From: a virus
Taxonomy: Duplodnaviria > Caudoviricetes
IMG/VR virus record: IMGVR_UViG_3300027759_000095
Location: 1 to 61,872 of that record
Reading direction: 5' to 3' (one strand)
DNA length: 61,872 bases
The translations under genes were made by a program, and so were the position numbers. The notes under the pieces were generated by a model. It worked only from the letters and a program-made list of their open reading frames with translations, made no database searches and had not been told where the DNA came from. This document shows, in pieces, positions 9,216 through 20,500 of the stretch (its first letter is position 1; each line of letters opens with the position of its first letter).

Positions 9216-11315
9216 ATGCCTTTAAAGAAACTGATGCTCAAGCCGGGGGTTAACCGGGAAAACACTCGGTATACCAACGAAGGCGGCTGGTATGAGTCCG
9301 ACAAGGTACGTTTTCGCCAAGGCACACCAGAGAAGATTGGCGGCTGGCTGCGCATCTCCCAGAATACCTTTTTAGGTGTCTGCCGCTCCCTGTGGAACTG
9401 GGTAACCATAGCTGGTCAAAACTTACTGGGTGTTGGTACAAGCTCCAAGTTCTACATTGAAAACGGCGGGGCGTATTACGATGTAACACCAATTAGAGCG
9501 TCGGATACCCTAACTAACCCCTTTACCACCAACACAGCAACAAACTCTGGTGGGTATACCACGGTAGTAGTAACAGCAACTCCGGGGTTTGCTAACGGGG
9601 ATTACGTGACGTTTTATGGCGCGTCCGCTGTGGGTGGCGTGACAGTGTCGGGTGAGTACCAACTTACCTTCATATCCTCTACGACATACTCTATTTCGGT
9701 TGCAGGAACCGCATCCTCCTCGACCACAGGCGGCGGCACGGTTTACGCTGTTTACCAAGTTACCGCTGGCTCTAGTACATATGTCCCAACTGAGGGCTGG
9801 GGCGCAGGCGCTTGGAATGCTGGAACATGGGGTAACGGTGGGCCGGTAACAATATCAGCCACGGGTTTGCGCATCTGGAACCAATTGAACTGGGGCCAGA
9901 ATCTAGTCTACGGCCCTCGTGGATTTCCTTTGTATTACTGGGATGCAACTTTTGGTCTTACCGGAACAACAGTTACTATATCCAACGCTTTTCCTTGCAT
10001 TGTTTCATGCAGTTTAGGGCTTGCAGATTTAACACCCATTACGTTTACTACTACTGGCGCATTGCCAACGGGGTTAACTCCGGGAACCACTTACTACGTA
10101 AGGTACTTATCTTCTAGTACGTTTAATTTGTCCCTTACTACAACTGGGGCGCTCATTAATACTTCTTCTGCGGGATCAGGCACACAAGCTATTTCTTCTA
10201 GGGGTGCGCTGCTATCCACTTTACCCGGTGCAGATGGATATACCCCGTTGTACCAAAACACATTTACCATTTCTGATGCCAGCCGGTTCCTTATTGTTTT
10301 TGGCACAAACGACTACGGCAGCACAACACTTGACCCCATGCTTATCCGCTGGTCGGATCAGGAGTCTTTGACCACATGGTATCCAGCAATTACCAACCAG
10401 GCAGGTAGTGTGCGCTTGTCGCACGGCTCGGAAATTATCACTACGCTACAAAGCCGCCAAGAGATTGTGGTGTGGACAGACTCGTCTTTGTATTCTTTGC
10501 AATACCTTGGCCCTCCCTATGTCTGGGGTACACAACTACTTGCAGATAACGTTTCCATCATTGGCCCTAATGCGGCGGTAATGGCTTCTGGTATTAGCTA
10601 CTGGATGGGAGTTGATAAGTTTTACAAATACGATGGACGGGTGCAAACTTTGCGTTGTGACTTGCGCCAGTACATTTACAACGACATAAACCTGACCCAA
10701 TCTGAACAAGTCTTTGGCAGCACCAATGAAGGATTTAACGAGGTCTGGTGGTTCTATTGTTCGTCAGGCAGTAATACGGTAGATAAGTACGTCATATATA
10801 ACTACCTTGAAGATAATTGGTACTACGGCTCAATGGCTCGTACCGCATGGCTGGATACTGGCCTACGCAATTTCCCTCTTGCAGCCACCTACAGCTATAA
10901 CATTGTTGAACATGAAAATGGGGTAGATGATGGAATCACAATCCCCGCTACTGCTATCAGCGCATCCATAACATCATCTCAATACGATATTGAGGATGGG
11001 CATAACTTTGCGTTTGTGTACCGCATGATTCCTGACTTGACGTTCCGTGGGTCTACGTCTGGCACAACCCCGCAGGTCACCATGTACCTACAGGGTTTAA
11101 ATAACTCAGGCTCTGGGGTTACGCAGTCAGGCAATGCCAACGTGGTGAACACAGGGGCCATCACCTCTACCGTCAACGTGGATCAATTCACTGGGCAGGT
11201 CTATATCCGGGTTCGTGGTCGCCAGATGCAGATGCAAATCACCTCCAACACCCTTGGTACACAGTGGCAACTTGGCGCTCCTAGAATAGATTTGCGTCCT
11301 GATGGACGTAGGTGA
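9216..11315 (+). CDS. Tail nozzle / DNA-stabilisation protein (P22 gp10-like)
   Basis: 699-aa beta-rich protein with IRWSDQE, YWMG..KFY.YDG, NEVWWFY and RVRGRQ motifs; precedes ejection proteins. Confidence 0.65.
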   Translation: MPLKKLMLKPGVNRENTRYTNEGGWYESDKVRFRQGTPEKIGGWLRISQNTFLGVCRSLWNWVTIAGQNLLGVGTSSKFYIENGGAYYDVTPIRASDTLTNPFTTNTATNSGGYTTVVVTATPGFANGDYVTFYGASAVGGVTVSGEYQLTFISSTTYSISVAGTASSSTTGGGTVYAVYQVTAGSSTYVPTEGWGAGAWNAGTWGNGGPVTISATGLRIWNQLNWGQNLVYGPRGFPLYYWDATFGLTGTTVTISNAFPCIVSCSLGLADLTPITFTTTGALPTGLTPGTTYYVRYLSSSTFNLSLTTTGALINTSSAGSGTQAISSRGALLSTLPGADGYTPLYQNTFTISDASRFLIVFGTNDYGSTTLDPMLIRWSDQESLTTWYPAITNQAGSVRLSHGSEIITTLQSRQEIVVWTDSSLYSLQYLGPPYVWGTQLLADNVSIIGPNAAVMASGISYWMGVDKFYKYDGRVQTLRCDLRQYIYNDINLTQSEQVFGSTNEGFNEVWWFYCSSGSNTVDKYVIYNYLEDNWYYGSMARTAWLDTGLRNFPLAATYSYNIVEHENGVDDGITIPATAISASITSSQYDIEDGHNFAFVYRMIPDLTFRGSTSGTTPQVTMYLQGLNNSGSGVTQSGNANVVNTGAITSTVNVDQFTGQVYIRVRGRQMQMQITSNTLGTQWQLGAPRIDLRPDGRR

Positions 11316-11318
11316 CCT

Positions 11319-11621
11319 ATGGCACAAAAGAACGTAGTCGCCCCAAAAATGCCTGCGGCAATAGGCGACACATACGACCCTGCGCTTATAAACCAACTAA
11401 CCAACATATTGCGGCTGTACTTTAACCAGCTAGATAACGCGGGGCCAATGGTGGCTAGTACGCAGCGCAACGGTACAGATATCGTGGCAGGGTTAAGTTT
11501 TTTCCCTACGGGAACTTCGACAACACCAAGCCTCCCAACCCAAGCAGATTTAGCCAATTTGAGGGTGGGAGATATATACTATGACACCTCGGCTAGTAAC
11601 GTTTTGAAGGTAAAAACATGA
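11319..11621 (+). CDS. Virion structural protein
   Basis: LRLYFNQLDN motif; position in the structural operon. Confidence 0.6.
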   Translation: MAQKNVVAPKMPAAIGDTYDPALINQLTNILRLYFNQLDNAGPMVASTQRNGTDIVAGLSFFPTGTSTTPSLPTQADLANLRVGDIYYDTSASNVLKVKT

Positions 11622-14600
11622 ATAACCAGGGAATTACATCTCTCTCCAGGCCCATGAGCCTGGATGAGTCCTATGGTGCAATGCAGCAAAAGATGGGTCA
11701 AGCCGATCCTCAAGCATCACAAGCTGTGAACAAGGCTTTGGACAACATTGCTCCAATGTTGAGCAAACTGGACAACAAGACACTTGATTTACTGTTACAG
11801 CTTACCCAGTACCTTAAAGCCCACAAAGCCAAATACAAAGAGTTAATGGCCAAGCTGGAGCAAAAAGGCTCAATTCCAGAAGGCGTTTTTCCTGACGAGT
11901 ACGATCCAAAATTCTTATCTGTATTTGCCTTAACCGTTGCTCATGCTCAAAAGGCGAGGGAGGGTATGGCGGCTGGCGGCATTACGGATGTAGCCCAGCA
12001 TATGAAGGACCAGGGCCGTGGTAAAGACACTATCCTGGCTCACATCAGCCCCAAAGAAGCAGAGTTATTGCGCTCTAAGGGTGGTATTGGTACGCTCAAC
12101 CCGGCCACTGGGCTACCAGAATTTGGCTTGTTTGATGACATTGCTGACGGCTTAAAGGGTGTTGGTAACTTTATCGGTGATGTACTTCGCCCGGTTGGCA
12201 ATGTTATTGGCGACATCCTGCATAGCCCATTAGGACTAGCTGCGACCGCTGCGGCGGGGATGTACTTCTTAGGCGCTCCAACAGTTGCCTCTCTTGCGTC
12301 ATCTGCGTTGCCGGGTGATGCTGCATTGGCTGCGGCGTTGCCTGGGGATGCTGTACTAGCGGCTGCTCCTGAAGTTATGCACCTAACTCCTGCCGCAATT
12401 GAAGCCGGCATGGGTACTCCGGGGTATGGCTTTAATGCTGCAGCAGCAGAGTCTGGCTTGTTTAATCCTGCCAACATTGGAGCTGGAGCAGCGTCAGACT
12501 TTCCAACCATCGGGATGAGTGCCAAGGATATTCTTAAAAAAGGTAAAGATCTTTTAGGTAAAGATTCCGAGCAGGCTAAACAATCTGATCCAAATGAGAT
12601 GGCTAAGCTTATGGCTATGCTGGAGATGATTAATAGCCAGAACCAGCCAAAAGATGTACCCATTCCGAAACTAGATTCTGACAATAGTCGGCTGCCTTAT
12701 GACATGCCGGCCAAGAAAAAAAGCGCTTATTCAAGTTACGTTCAAACAGCAGCAGATGGAGGTTTAATGATGAACCAGCGATACGACATTGGCGGATTAA
12801 CTGCCGAGAGAACACAGACGGATTACATGACAAAGATGTCTGATCCATCATACCGCCCTGGCCAAGGTGGTATTACTTATTTTTCCCCATTGGTATATAA
12901 GCCATTGACTACTAGCGGTGCTTTGCCAGGAGAAGATGCAAAGAAAACAGCAATGGACGAGTTGTTGAATCAAATCTCCAGAGGTGGAAACCGTCCTGAA
13001 TCCTCAACTAGCCCATATGGCACTGGTTTTACTGGAGCCACTACTGACATTTATGGAGATAGCGGAGTAACCACGGGTGCAGCATCTTATGCAAATAGGC
13101 TCGCCGCATATCTTGGTAACTTGGGTGACCCCGTAAATTCTGTAACTGGGTTAAAAGATACAGGATTTTTAAATCGTGTATCCAATGAGTTGGCTAGAAA
13201 TGTTGACCCCAACTATAGCCATGAAGGTAAAGTTGGCATGAGACTGGCGGAGCAAGCGGCCATCGAGCGCGCCCAAGCTAATGCATTAGCCACACAAGAT
13301 AGTGGTGGTTATTTAGACTCTGCTAGAAATGCAGGAACGATAACAACATACAGCAACCCAATTTCAGGTTACTCATTTGGTCCAGCAAGTGATAGCGGTA
13401 GCCGTGGAGGAGATGGCGGCGGTGGTGTTGCAACGGGTGGCTCTGGTGGTGACGCATCCGGCGGAGGGGATCGCGGAACTCGCGGTGGATTTGCCTATGG
13501 CGGTATCACTTCTTTAGCCACGGGTGGAGAAACGGAAGAAGAGCTTCTACGAAAACAAAGTAGAGGCATGAGTGCGGAACAACGAGAGGCTGCCGCAGAT
13601 CCTAAAGCCTGGGCCAACTTAACTCCAGCACAACAAGCCTCTTGGTATGCGGACCACCCTAACTTTGGGAAAGTTGTTCAAACTCTGCAGGACGGTTTTG
13701 GGGCATTGCCCGGTATCGGTATGCTGCAAAATAAAATGATGCCTAACTTTGTTCGAGATCAAAAGCTGATAGCGCAAGGCATTAACCCTTCTACTGGCTA
13801 CAAAATGGCCACGACTCAAGCCTTACCTGGGTCCCCAGAAATACAAGGCATTGCAGCTTTGTATAAAGACAACCCATACGTCAGGGATGCCCAGCGAGCC
13901 ATTCAAAGCATGGCTCAAAATGAGCCAAACTTAGCGCAGCCTGGATTAAGTATGCCGGCTTACATGAAGTCTTCACAAGCCGAACAAGCAGGGGGTGCAT
14001 CGGCACCTACTGAAACAAGAGATCCTCTACAAGGCTTTACCAAAACTGAGTTATCAGATGCAGCAAGACATAATAAAGAAACCGCAGAAAGACAAGCACT
14101 CCTAAAAAACTCTTACGATGTTGCACAGGCCAATCAACTTAGTGATTCGCCTAGAACTTTTTTCCCCGCAGTAAGGCTAGATTCACCATCTCCAAAAGTG
14201 ATACCGAACGTTAATTTATTATCCCCTGAGGATACGGCTAAAAATCTAGCTGAATTCGCCCCCAATTCTGTTCCCGTTTTTGGCCCCCCCGCGCCAGGGC
14301 CAGACATTGTCAATTTTAATCCTAATTACGGGAATGAAAGCGCAACTGGACTTAGGATGGCCGAACAAGCCGCAGAAGAACGTGCTAATCAAATAGTGCG
14401 AGAAATTGCCGCATTTGATGCAAGCAGAGAAGGTTCAAGAGGCTTTGGTGGGGGTTATGGTGGTGATGGCGGCGGTGGCGTTGCTACTGGCGGCTATGGT
14501 GGCGATGCATCGGGTGGTGGTGATCGTGGAACTCGTGGGGGATTTGCTCATGGTGGTATCACTGCGCTGGCTCATGGTGGGTATAACCTAGGCTCCTACT

Positions 14601-14860
14601 CTGATGGCGGAAGGCTATTGCGCGGCCCAGGAGATGGCGTTTCAGATGACATTCCTGCTATGATTGGCAACAAACAACCAGCCCGTTTAGCTAATGGCGA
14701 GTTTGTTATACCAGCAAGAATTGTTTCTGAACTAGGAAACGGCTCTACAGATGCGGGCGCCAAACGCTTGTATGAGATGATGGCCCGAGTGCAAAAAGTT
14801 CGTCGCAAAACAAAAAATGTAGCGGCGAATACAAAAGCAGCAAAATATTTGCCGGCATAA
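11618..14860 (+). CDS. Internal virion/ejection protein 1 (modular, 1080 aa)
   Basis: GRGKDTILAHISPKEA...NPATGLPEF and C-terminal GPGDGVSDDIPA...LANGEFVIPA..V..LGNGSTDAGA motifs; low-complexity repeats. Confidence 0.7.
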   Translation: MNNQGITSLSRPMSLDESYGAMQQKMGQADPQASQAVNKALDNIAPMLSKLDNKTLDLLLQLTQYLKAHKAKYKELMAKLEQKGSIPEGVFPDEYDPKFLSVFALTVAHAQKAREGMAAGGITDVAQHMKDQGRGKDTILAHISPKEAELLRSKGGIGTLNPATGLPEFGLFDDIADGLKGVGNFIGDVLRPVGNVIGDILHSPLGLAATAAAGMYFLGAPTVASLASSALPGDAALAAALPGDAVLAAAPEVMHLTPAAIEAGMGTPGYGFNAAAAESGLFNPANIGAGAASDFPTIGMSAKDILKKGKDLLGKDSEQAKQSDPNEMAKLMAMLEMINSQNQPKDVPIPKLDSDNSRLPYDMPAKKKSAYSSYVQTAADGGLMMNQRYDIGGLTAERTQTDYMTKMSDPSYRPGQGGITYFSPLVYKPLTTSGALPGEDAKKTAMDELLNQISRGGNRPESSTSPYGTGFTGATTDIYGDSGVTTGAASYANRLAAYLGNLGDPVNSVTGLKDTGFLNRVSNELARNVDPNYSHEGKVGMRLAEQAAIERAQANALATQDSGGYLDSARNAGTITTYSNPISGYSFGPASDSGSRGGDGGGGVATGGSGGDASGGGDRGTRGGFAYGGITSLATGGETEEELLRKQSRGMSAEQREAAADPKAWANLTPAQQASWYADHPNFGKVVQTLQDGFGALPGIGMLQNKMMPNFVRDQKLIAQGINPSTGYKMATTQALPGSPEIQGIAALYKDNPYVRDAQRAIQSMAQNEPNLAQPGLSMPAYMKSSQAEQAGGASAPTETRDPLQGFTKTELSDAARHNKETAERQALLKNSYDVAQANQLSDSPRTFFPAVRLDSPSPKVIPNVNLLSPEDTAKNLAEFAPNSVPVFGPPAPGPDIVNFNPNYGNESATGLRMAEQAAEERANQIVREIAAFDASREGSRGFGGGYGGDGGGGVATGGYGGDASGGGDRGTRGGFAHGGITALAHGGYNLGSYSDGGRLLRGPGDGVSDDIPAMIGNKQPARLANGEFVIPARIVSELGNGSTDAGAKRLYEMMARVQKVRRKTKNVAANTKAAKYLPA
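13405..13527 (+). repeat. Internal Gly-rich repeat, copy 1 (GGDGGGGVATGGxGGDASGGGDRGTRGGFAxGGITxLAxGG)
   Basis: Near-identical peptide recurs at about 14459-14581 with many synonymous changes. Confidence 0.85.
14459..14581 (+). repeat. Internal Gly-rich repeat, copy 2
   Basis: See copy 1. Confidence 0.85.
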
Positions 14861-14869
14861 GGAACTATT

Positions 14870-15766
14870 ATGGCTAATCCTATTACTTCACCCTCAGCGC
14901 TAGATAACAATCTAACTACCGGCGGCACTAATGCCCAAGGTCTATCAGATTGGGCTTCTCCATACATTACCAATTATTTGAGCCAGGCTCAGGCCTTATC
15001 AAATACTCCCTACCAGACCTATCAAGGTCCGCTAACTGCTGGCGCTTCTGATCTTCAGAACAAAGCATTTACCGGGATTGGTTCATTAACTTTCCCAACC
15101 AACCTTGGCCAAAGCTTTAGTTCTACTGGCGCTTATCAATTGCCTCAGTACAACGCCAGCGGAGCAACTACAGGTGGAGATACCGCCGCGCCAGGTATGG
15201 CTGCTCAGTACATGAACCCGTACTTGCAGTCTGTACTGAATCCTCAATTGGAAGAGTTGCGTAGGCAGTCTGAAATTACCCAGATGGGTAACGCCAGTAA
15301 GAGTGCTGGGGCCGGTGCGTTTGGCGGTGGCCGTCAAGCCATTATGGATTCTGAGCTTCAGCGTAACTTAATGCAAGAGCAAAACAGGACCGTTGGCGCT
15401 GGTTACTCTAATGCCTATGACAAGGCTATGGGCCAGTTCAATATAGAGCAAGGCCAAGCTAAGACTTTGGCTGACTTAATAGCTGAGCAGGGTAAGACCC
15501 AGCGCGGCATCACGGCAGAGGGCGTGGCTGCTGACCAGGCTGAGTTTGAGAAACAACGCCAATACCCATTCCAGCAAGTTCAGTTCCAGCGTGACATGAT
15601 CTCCGGCTTGCCCGTATCCTCTGTGTCCAATACACCAGGAGGCTTAACTGGCATGGGATCTCTATTGGCTTCTCTGGGAGGCGGCGCTCAAGTTGCAGCT
15701 GCGCTTGGTTACAAAGATGTTGGTTCGCTCTTAAAGAAATTGGGGCTTGATTTAGGTCCGGATTAA
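14870..15766 (+). CDS. Internal virion/ejection protein 2 (DNA transfer/pilot-like)
   Basis: QYMNPY...AGAFGGGRQ motif, Q/A-rich helical; RBS AAGGA. Confidence 0.65.
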   Translation: MANPITSPSALDNNLTTGGTNAQGLSDWASPYITNYLSQAQALSNTPYQTYQGPLTAGASDLQNKAFTGIGSLTFPTNLGQSFSSTGAYQLPQYNASGATTGGDTAAPGMAAQYMNPYLQSVLNPQLEELRRQSEITQMGNASKSAGAGAFGGGRQAIMDSELQRNLMQEQNRTVGAGYSNAYDKAMGQFNIEQGQAKTLADLIAEQGKTQRGITAEGVAADQAEFEKQRQYPFQQVQFQRDMISGLPVSSVSNTPGGLTGMGSLLASLGGGAQVAAALGYKDVGSLLKKLGLDLGPD

Positions 15767-15777
15767 AGGCATTCAAA

Positions 15778-17529
15778 ATGAATCTGATACAAATTCAAGA
15801 CGAGCTTAAAGGTCTTCCCACTCAGGTGATTATGGCCTATGCCAATGGGCAGAATCCAGAGGTCCCGCCTTACATGGCTTTGGGTGAGCTTAACCGCCGC
15901 AAAACTTCAGAGCAGCGCCGGGCAGAGCCGCCTACTCAGTCTGTTAAAGAAAAGCTGGAGTCTCAATTCCAGGCACCGCAAATGCAGCAAGGCCCGCAAG
16001 GAATGCCTCAGGGCATGCCTCAAGGTCCTCAAGGTATTGCTCAATTGCCGGCTGCACAGATGGCCCAGCAAGCCGCGCCTCCTCAAGCGCCCCCTCAAGC
16101 ACCTGGCATGGCTGGTGGCGGGTTAGCAGAATTGCCTGTGCGCGATGATATGTTCCACTATGCCCCCGGAGGTATAGTTGCATTTGCCGCTGGCAAGATG
16201 GTTCGCGGTCCGGGTGGGGAGCTTATTCCCGAGGATGACCGGGCTGGTGAAGCTGAGGCAGCCGCTCAATTGCAAGCTGCAAGACAGATTCCTGCCCAGG
16301 TCGCCCCTAAAGAAATGGCCTCTGTGCCTCCAGTTGCCGCCCCTCAATCATCACTATCCGGTCTTGCGGCTTTGAAAGATCCGGCAGCAGCCCTCATCTC
16401 TAAGGCCATAAAAGGAGAGATTGAAGAGCCTGAACTTAAAGACCCGGAAGTTATCCGCAAAGAAATTGCTGATAAGAATCCAGAGTTAGCTAAATTGGCA
16501 AACACCATTCCAGGCTCTGAGTTGGCTGCATTAGCCACCAGGCTCAAGGCGCAGAATGAGGCTAGTAAAGCTCAGTTCAAAGAAGGCCAAGGGCGTATGG
16601 GTCTTGCCGGCTTAGCCAATGCCTTGATTGCTGCCGGAGAGGCTACTCGTGGCCAAAAAGGTTCAGGCTTTGGTGAAGCAATGGGCGGGTTTGGTAAGTC
16701 GTATGGCAAGTTTACCGAGGAAGATGTTAAACGTATACAAGCTCAACAGGCCTTAGAGCGCCAGCAAGAAATTGAAGTTAGCAAGCTGGATTCTGACATT
16801 GAGGCGCTACGCCAAGCTTATGCCAAAGCGCAGATTGAAAGCCGCTATACAGATGCTGCAAATTATCAGAAAGCTCTTGCTGAACGCGTGGCGCGTAAGC
16901 AAGCTTTGCAAGTTGGTGCTGCCGAGAAGGGTCTTAATTTGCTTGGTCAAGAAGAGCAAAGGAATATGACAGGCGCGTACCAACAAGCCGAGCTTGGACT
17001 AAGACGAGAGTCAAATCAGCAAACTGCCGCCCATCAAGCAGATATTGCGAGATTGGAAGGTAGGAAGCTGGATGCATTGATTGCCAATAATGCAGACCAA
17101 GCCTCTATTGAGCGCCAAAAATTAGAAGTGCAAAGAGCCATAAAAAATTCACAGTTAGTGCTTGACAAAGAAAGGCTAGAGGCACTTATAGAATCAAGGC
17201 CTACTGCTGAGCAAAAAATTATCGCAAGAGTTGAAGCCAATCTAAATAAGCCAGGTTCTGATTTTTCAGAAGTTACAAAAAGGATTGCAAGTCTTTCTGC
17301 TGAAGAATTGGATGCGCCAATTGGAAAATATTACAGGGAAATTAGAGACAAGTATCGTGAGCAAGCTTATAAACAAGCTAAATTGATTCCAGATAAACCA
17401 ATTGCACTGCCAAGCTTTGAATCTTTTCAGCCAAAGCCAGTAGTAGAGCCGGGATTTTTAGATAGACTTGGAACCTTATTTGGAGGCGGATCTCCTGCTC
17501 CAGCACCAAAAGTAATTAAACTTGATTAA
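15778..17529 (+). CDS. Internal virion/ejection protein 3
   Basis: Long A/Q/E-rich helical protein with PQG repeats, between ejection genes. Confidence 0.65.
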   Translation: MNLIQIQDELKGLPTQVIMAYANGQNPEVPPYMALGELNRRKTSEQRRAEPPTQSVKEKLESQFQAPQMQQGPQGMPQGMPQGPQGIAQLPAAQMAQQAAPPQAPPQAPGMAGGGLAELPVRDDMFHYAPGGIVAFAAGKMVRGPGGELIPEDDRAGEAEAAAQLQAARQIPAQVAPKEMASVPPVAAPQSSLSGLAALKDPAAALISKAIKGEIEEPELKDPEVIRKEIADKNPELAKLANTIPGSELAALATRLKAQNEASKAQFKEGQGRMGLAGLANALIAAGEATRGQKGSGFGEAMGGFGKSYGKFTEEDVKRIQAQQALERQQEIEVSKLDSDIEALRQAYAKAQIESRYTDAANYQKALAERVARKQALQVGAAEKGLNLLGQEEQRNMTGAYQQAELGLRRESNQQTAAHQADIARLEGRKLDALIANNADQASIERQKLEVQRAIKNSQLVLDKERLEALIESRPTAEQKIIARVEANLNKPGSDFSEVTKRIASLSAEELDAPIGKYYREIRDKYREQAYKQAKLIPDKPIALPSFESFQPKPVVEPGFLDRLGTLFGGGSPAPAPKVIKLD

Positions 17530-17537
17530 GGCTTGCC

Positions 17538-20500
17538 ATGCCCATTTATGAGTACAAGGGTCAGCAGTACGACATTACCACTGAGGACCCGGCTGAGGCT
17601 AAAGCTAAGATCTTAGGCTTTATTGAAAAGCAGCCTCCAGCTCCAGCTCCTAGGGTGCCAGACTTTGCGGGCAACGCAGCCATGTCTCCGCAAGAGCAGG
17701 CCTATGCTTCATCCCAAAGAGCTGGGATTGCCAGTTTGCGCACGCCTAGCGCTGTACCTGAGATGACTCAGTACACCCCATCATTACCAGAGATGTTGAT
17801 GGGCTTGCTCCCAGGGGATAAGGCCAAAGCAGCCAATGAGTACGCCGCAAGAAAAGCTGCGGAAGAGCGCGGTGTATCGACAGAAGAAATCTACAAAGGT
17901 GCTGGCGGTGCACGGCCAATGTTTAACCCGGAAGGTCGTGCGCCTATATTGGCTGGAACACAAGCCGGTACGGTTATAGCCAAAGAGCTTCCAAACATAC
18001 CTCAGCAAACAGCAGTTGCAGCTTTGCAAGCGGTTAGGGCTGGTGATATTGGCGCGCCTGGACAAGAAACATTCCTTGATAAAGCCATAAATTACATGAC
18101 TCCTGAGACTCCAAAAGGAGAGCAGGATAAAAACTACGATGCGTTCCAAGGTCTTTCCAAGTCAATGGGATTTAGCCTTACCACAATGGTTAGTTCTATA
18201 GTTGGAGCGGCTGCTGGAACATCTGTAGCTGGTTTTCCAGGTGGTGTTGCCGGAGGAATGGGCGCATCAGGAACTGTGGCTTACCGATCCAGTAAAGATG
18301 ACTTTTTAAGCAGAGTTAGAGACAAGCTTAATCAAGAATCTATTAAGTTGTACAACAAACCAATTAGCAAAGCTGATTGGGAGAACGCTAAAAAAGAATT
18401 TGATTCTGCGGCTTCTTCTTATGGCGCATGGGAAGCTGTCCCAGAGGCGCTAAGCAATGCCATCATGCTCAAGGCTTTTACCGGTCCCGCACGAGCAGCG
18501 GCTGGAGCTGGCCGTCTTGAGCAGTTTATGGTTAAAAACAATATAGCGGAAAAAATTGCATCGTATGCCACAGAAAATATAACAGAAACAACGACTGGGC
18601 TTGGCCAACGTGCAGCCGAACTAAAGGCTGGATTATCTACAGAAGAGTTAAGTATTGCTGATGCGTTTAGGCAGCAATTTATACAAACGCTTTTAATGTC
18701 TGGAGGAATGCAGGTTGGCGAAAAAGCCACCCATGCAGCCTCCCGGTTCTATCAAGACAAAATTGAACCACGCATTAACCCCGGCAGCGCCTTAGGCAAA
18801 GCTATCATGGCTGACCTTAACGCTGTTGAGTTTAGCCAAAGTGCAATTAACAAAGAGGCTATTGCGCGGCTCGCTCCGCAAAAATACCAGCAGGAAAAAC
18901 TAGCTACTGAAAAGGTTGCTAAGACTGCCCGAGGTATTGCAATGCCTCCTCCGCCAGAGGAAAAACTGGTAGAGCCACCAGCTGCCAAGCCACCAGTTGA
19001 ACCGGCTGGTATTGCTGGCCTTACTGCTGCGCCTTCTGAGTCTATGGATACAGAGGCAATGCTGCGCGAGGCATTGGGACAAGCTCCCGCCGGAGTCGCA
19101 ACTTTACCACCTGTTAAAGTTGAAGAGCCTAAAGCAGCCAAAGGGCTTGCTGATCGCATTGGTTTGCCTCAAGGTCCCGCTAGAGAAAACGCCGCAAACG
19201 AAGAAATTCCTCTTGATGACAAAATTCTTTTGAGGGATATGGTTGTCAAAAGCGTGGAAAATGGCTTGGCATCAGGTAAAACACGCCAGCAAATTATCGA
19301 CCAATTAGAAGCACTTACTAAAGGCGGAATTAGTAATAGTGATATTGCCCGCATACATGACTATTTAACTGAAAGCGGAGTAAAAGAAACTCCTGCTAAG
19401 GTTGAGCCAACCGTGGCAGAAACCGGCCCATTTGTTCGTAAGCAAATGGAAGCACAAGCTCCCACTACCCCAACCCCAGTCTCTATTGAAGGAGCCCTAA
19501 GTGGCATTGAAACCCCTAAAGCCAAGCAAGCAGAAGCGCAAGAACAACAAGCGCCCGCAGCCAATGTAATTTTTAGTGAAGGCCAGCAAAAACTAAAAGA
19601 TGCGCTTGATTCAAATGGTCGAATATTTATTGATAGCACTGATGAAGCTGGTAAAAAAACATATTACGCAAAAGGGGTTGGATCTACAGATTCAAAATTT
19701 GCAGTTGAGTTGCAGTTAACCCAGGAAGAAAAAAGAGCAGCAAGGATAGCCGAAGGTGACATGGAGCTTGCTGATACACAAGAAGAGCGCAATGCTGCTA
19801 GACAAGCCCTTGAAAATGCATTGCGTCCTGCTGCTAATCGAGCCACAAAGCAACAAGAACAACAAGCGCCCGCAACACCTGCTAAAAAATTAACAACAGA
19901 GCAAGATTATTACGACACATTTCAGAAGACGGCATCACCTGAAGCAAAGGCTGCTTTTGATAATGTAGAAAAAACACTTGGAAGTGTTGTAGCGGCAGTT
20001 AATAATCTTGGCTATGAAGTTACTGATCCAAAAATAAAATTAAATTCAGAAGCAAGTAAATTAAAAGATCAATACAACGCTTTAACAGCCGATAGATCAA
20101 ATCTTTTGTCTGGGCACTTTGCCTTACAAGAAAAATTTAATAATGCTGATCAAAACAAATTTAATGCCGCCATCAAGCGTGCAAACACTTCTGCCAATAA
20201 CGCTCAGCAAGTAATACGCAAAGCTGTTCCACGTCCTCAAGAAGTTATTGAGGCAGAACAAAGAGTTACCGAAGGCGAGAAAGCTATAAGCAAAATTAAA
20301 GGCAAGCCTGGGCGCAGCCTATGGACGGCTTTGACGGGAAAGCTTGGCTCCAGTGATATAGCTGAATTGTTTGGCAAAAGCCCTCAGATTTACCAAAAGA
20401 AGCTCCAAGCTAAAAAAGATACAAGTGGCAAGTCAATTGCAGACATGGTTTCTGACGGCGATTTGGATGACTTTCTGCCGTTCCAAATGCGCTCTAACGT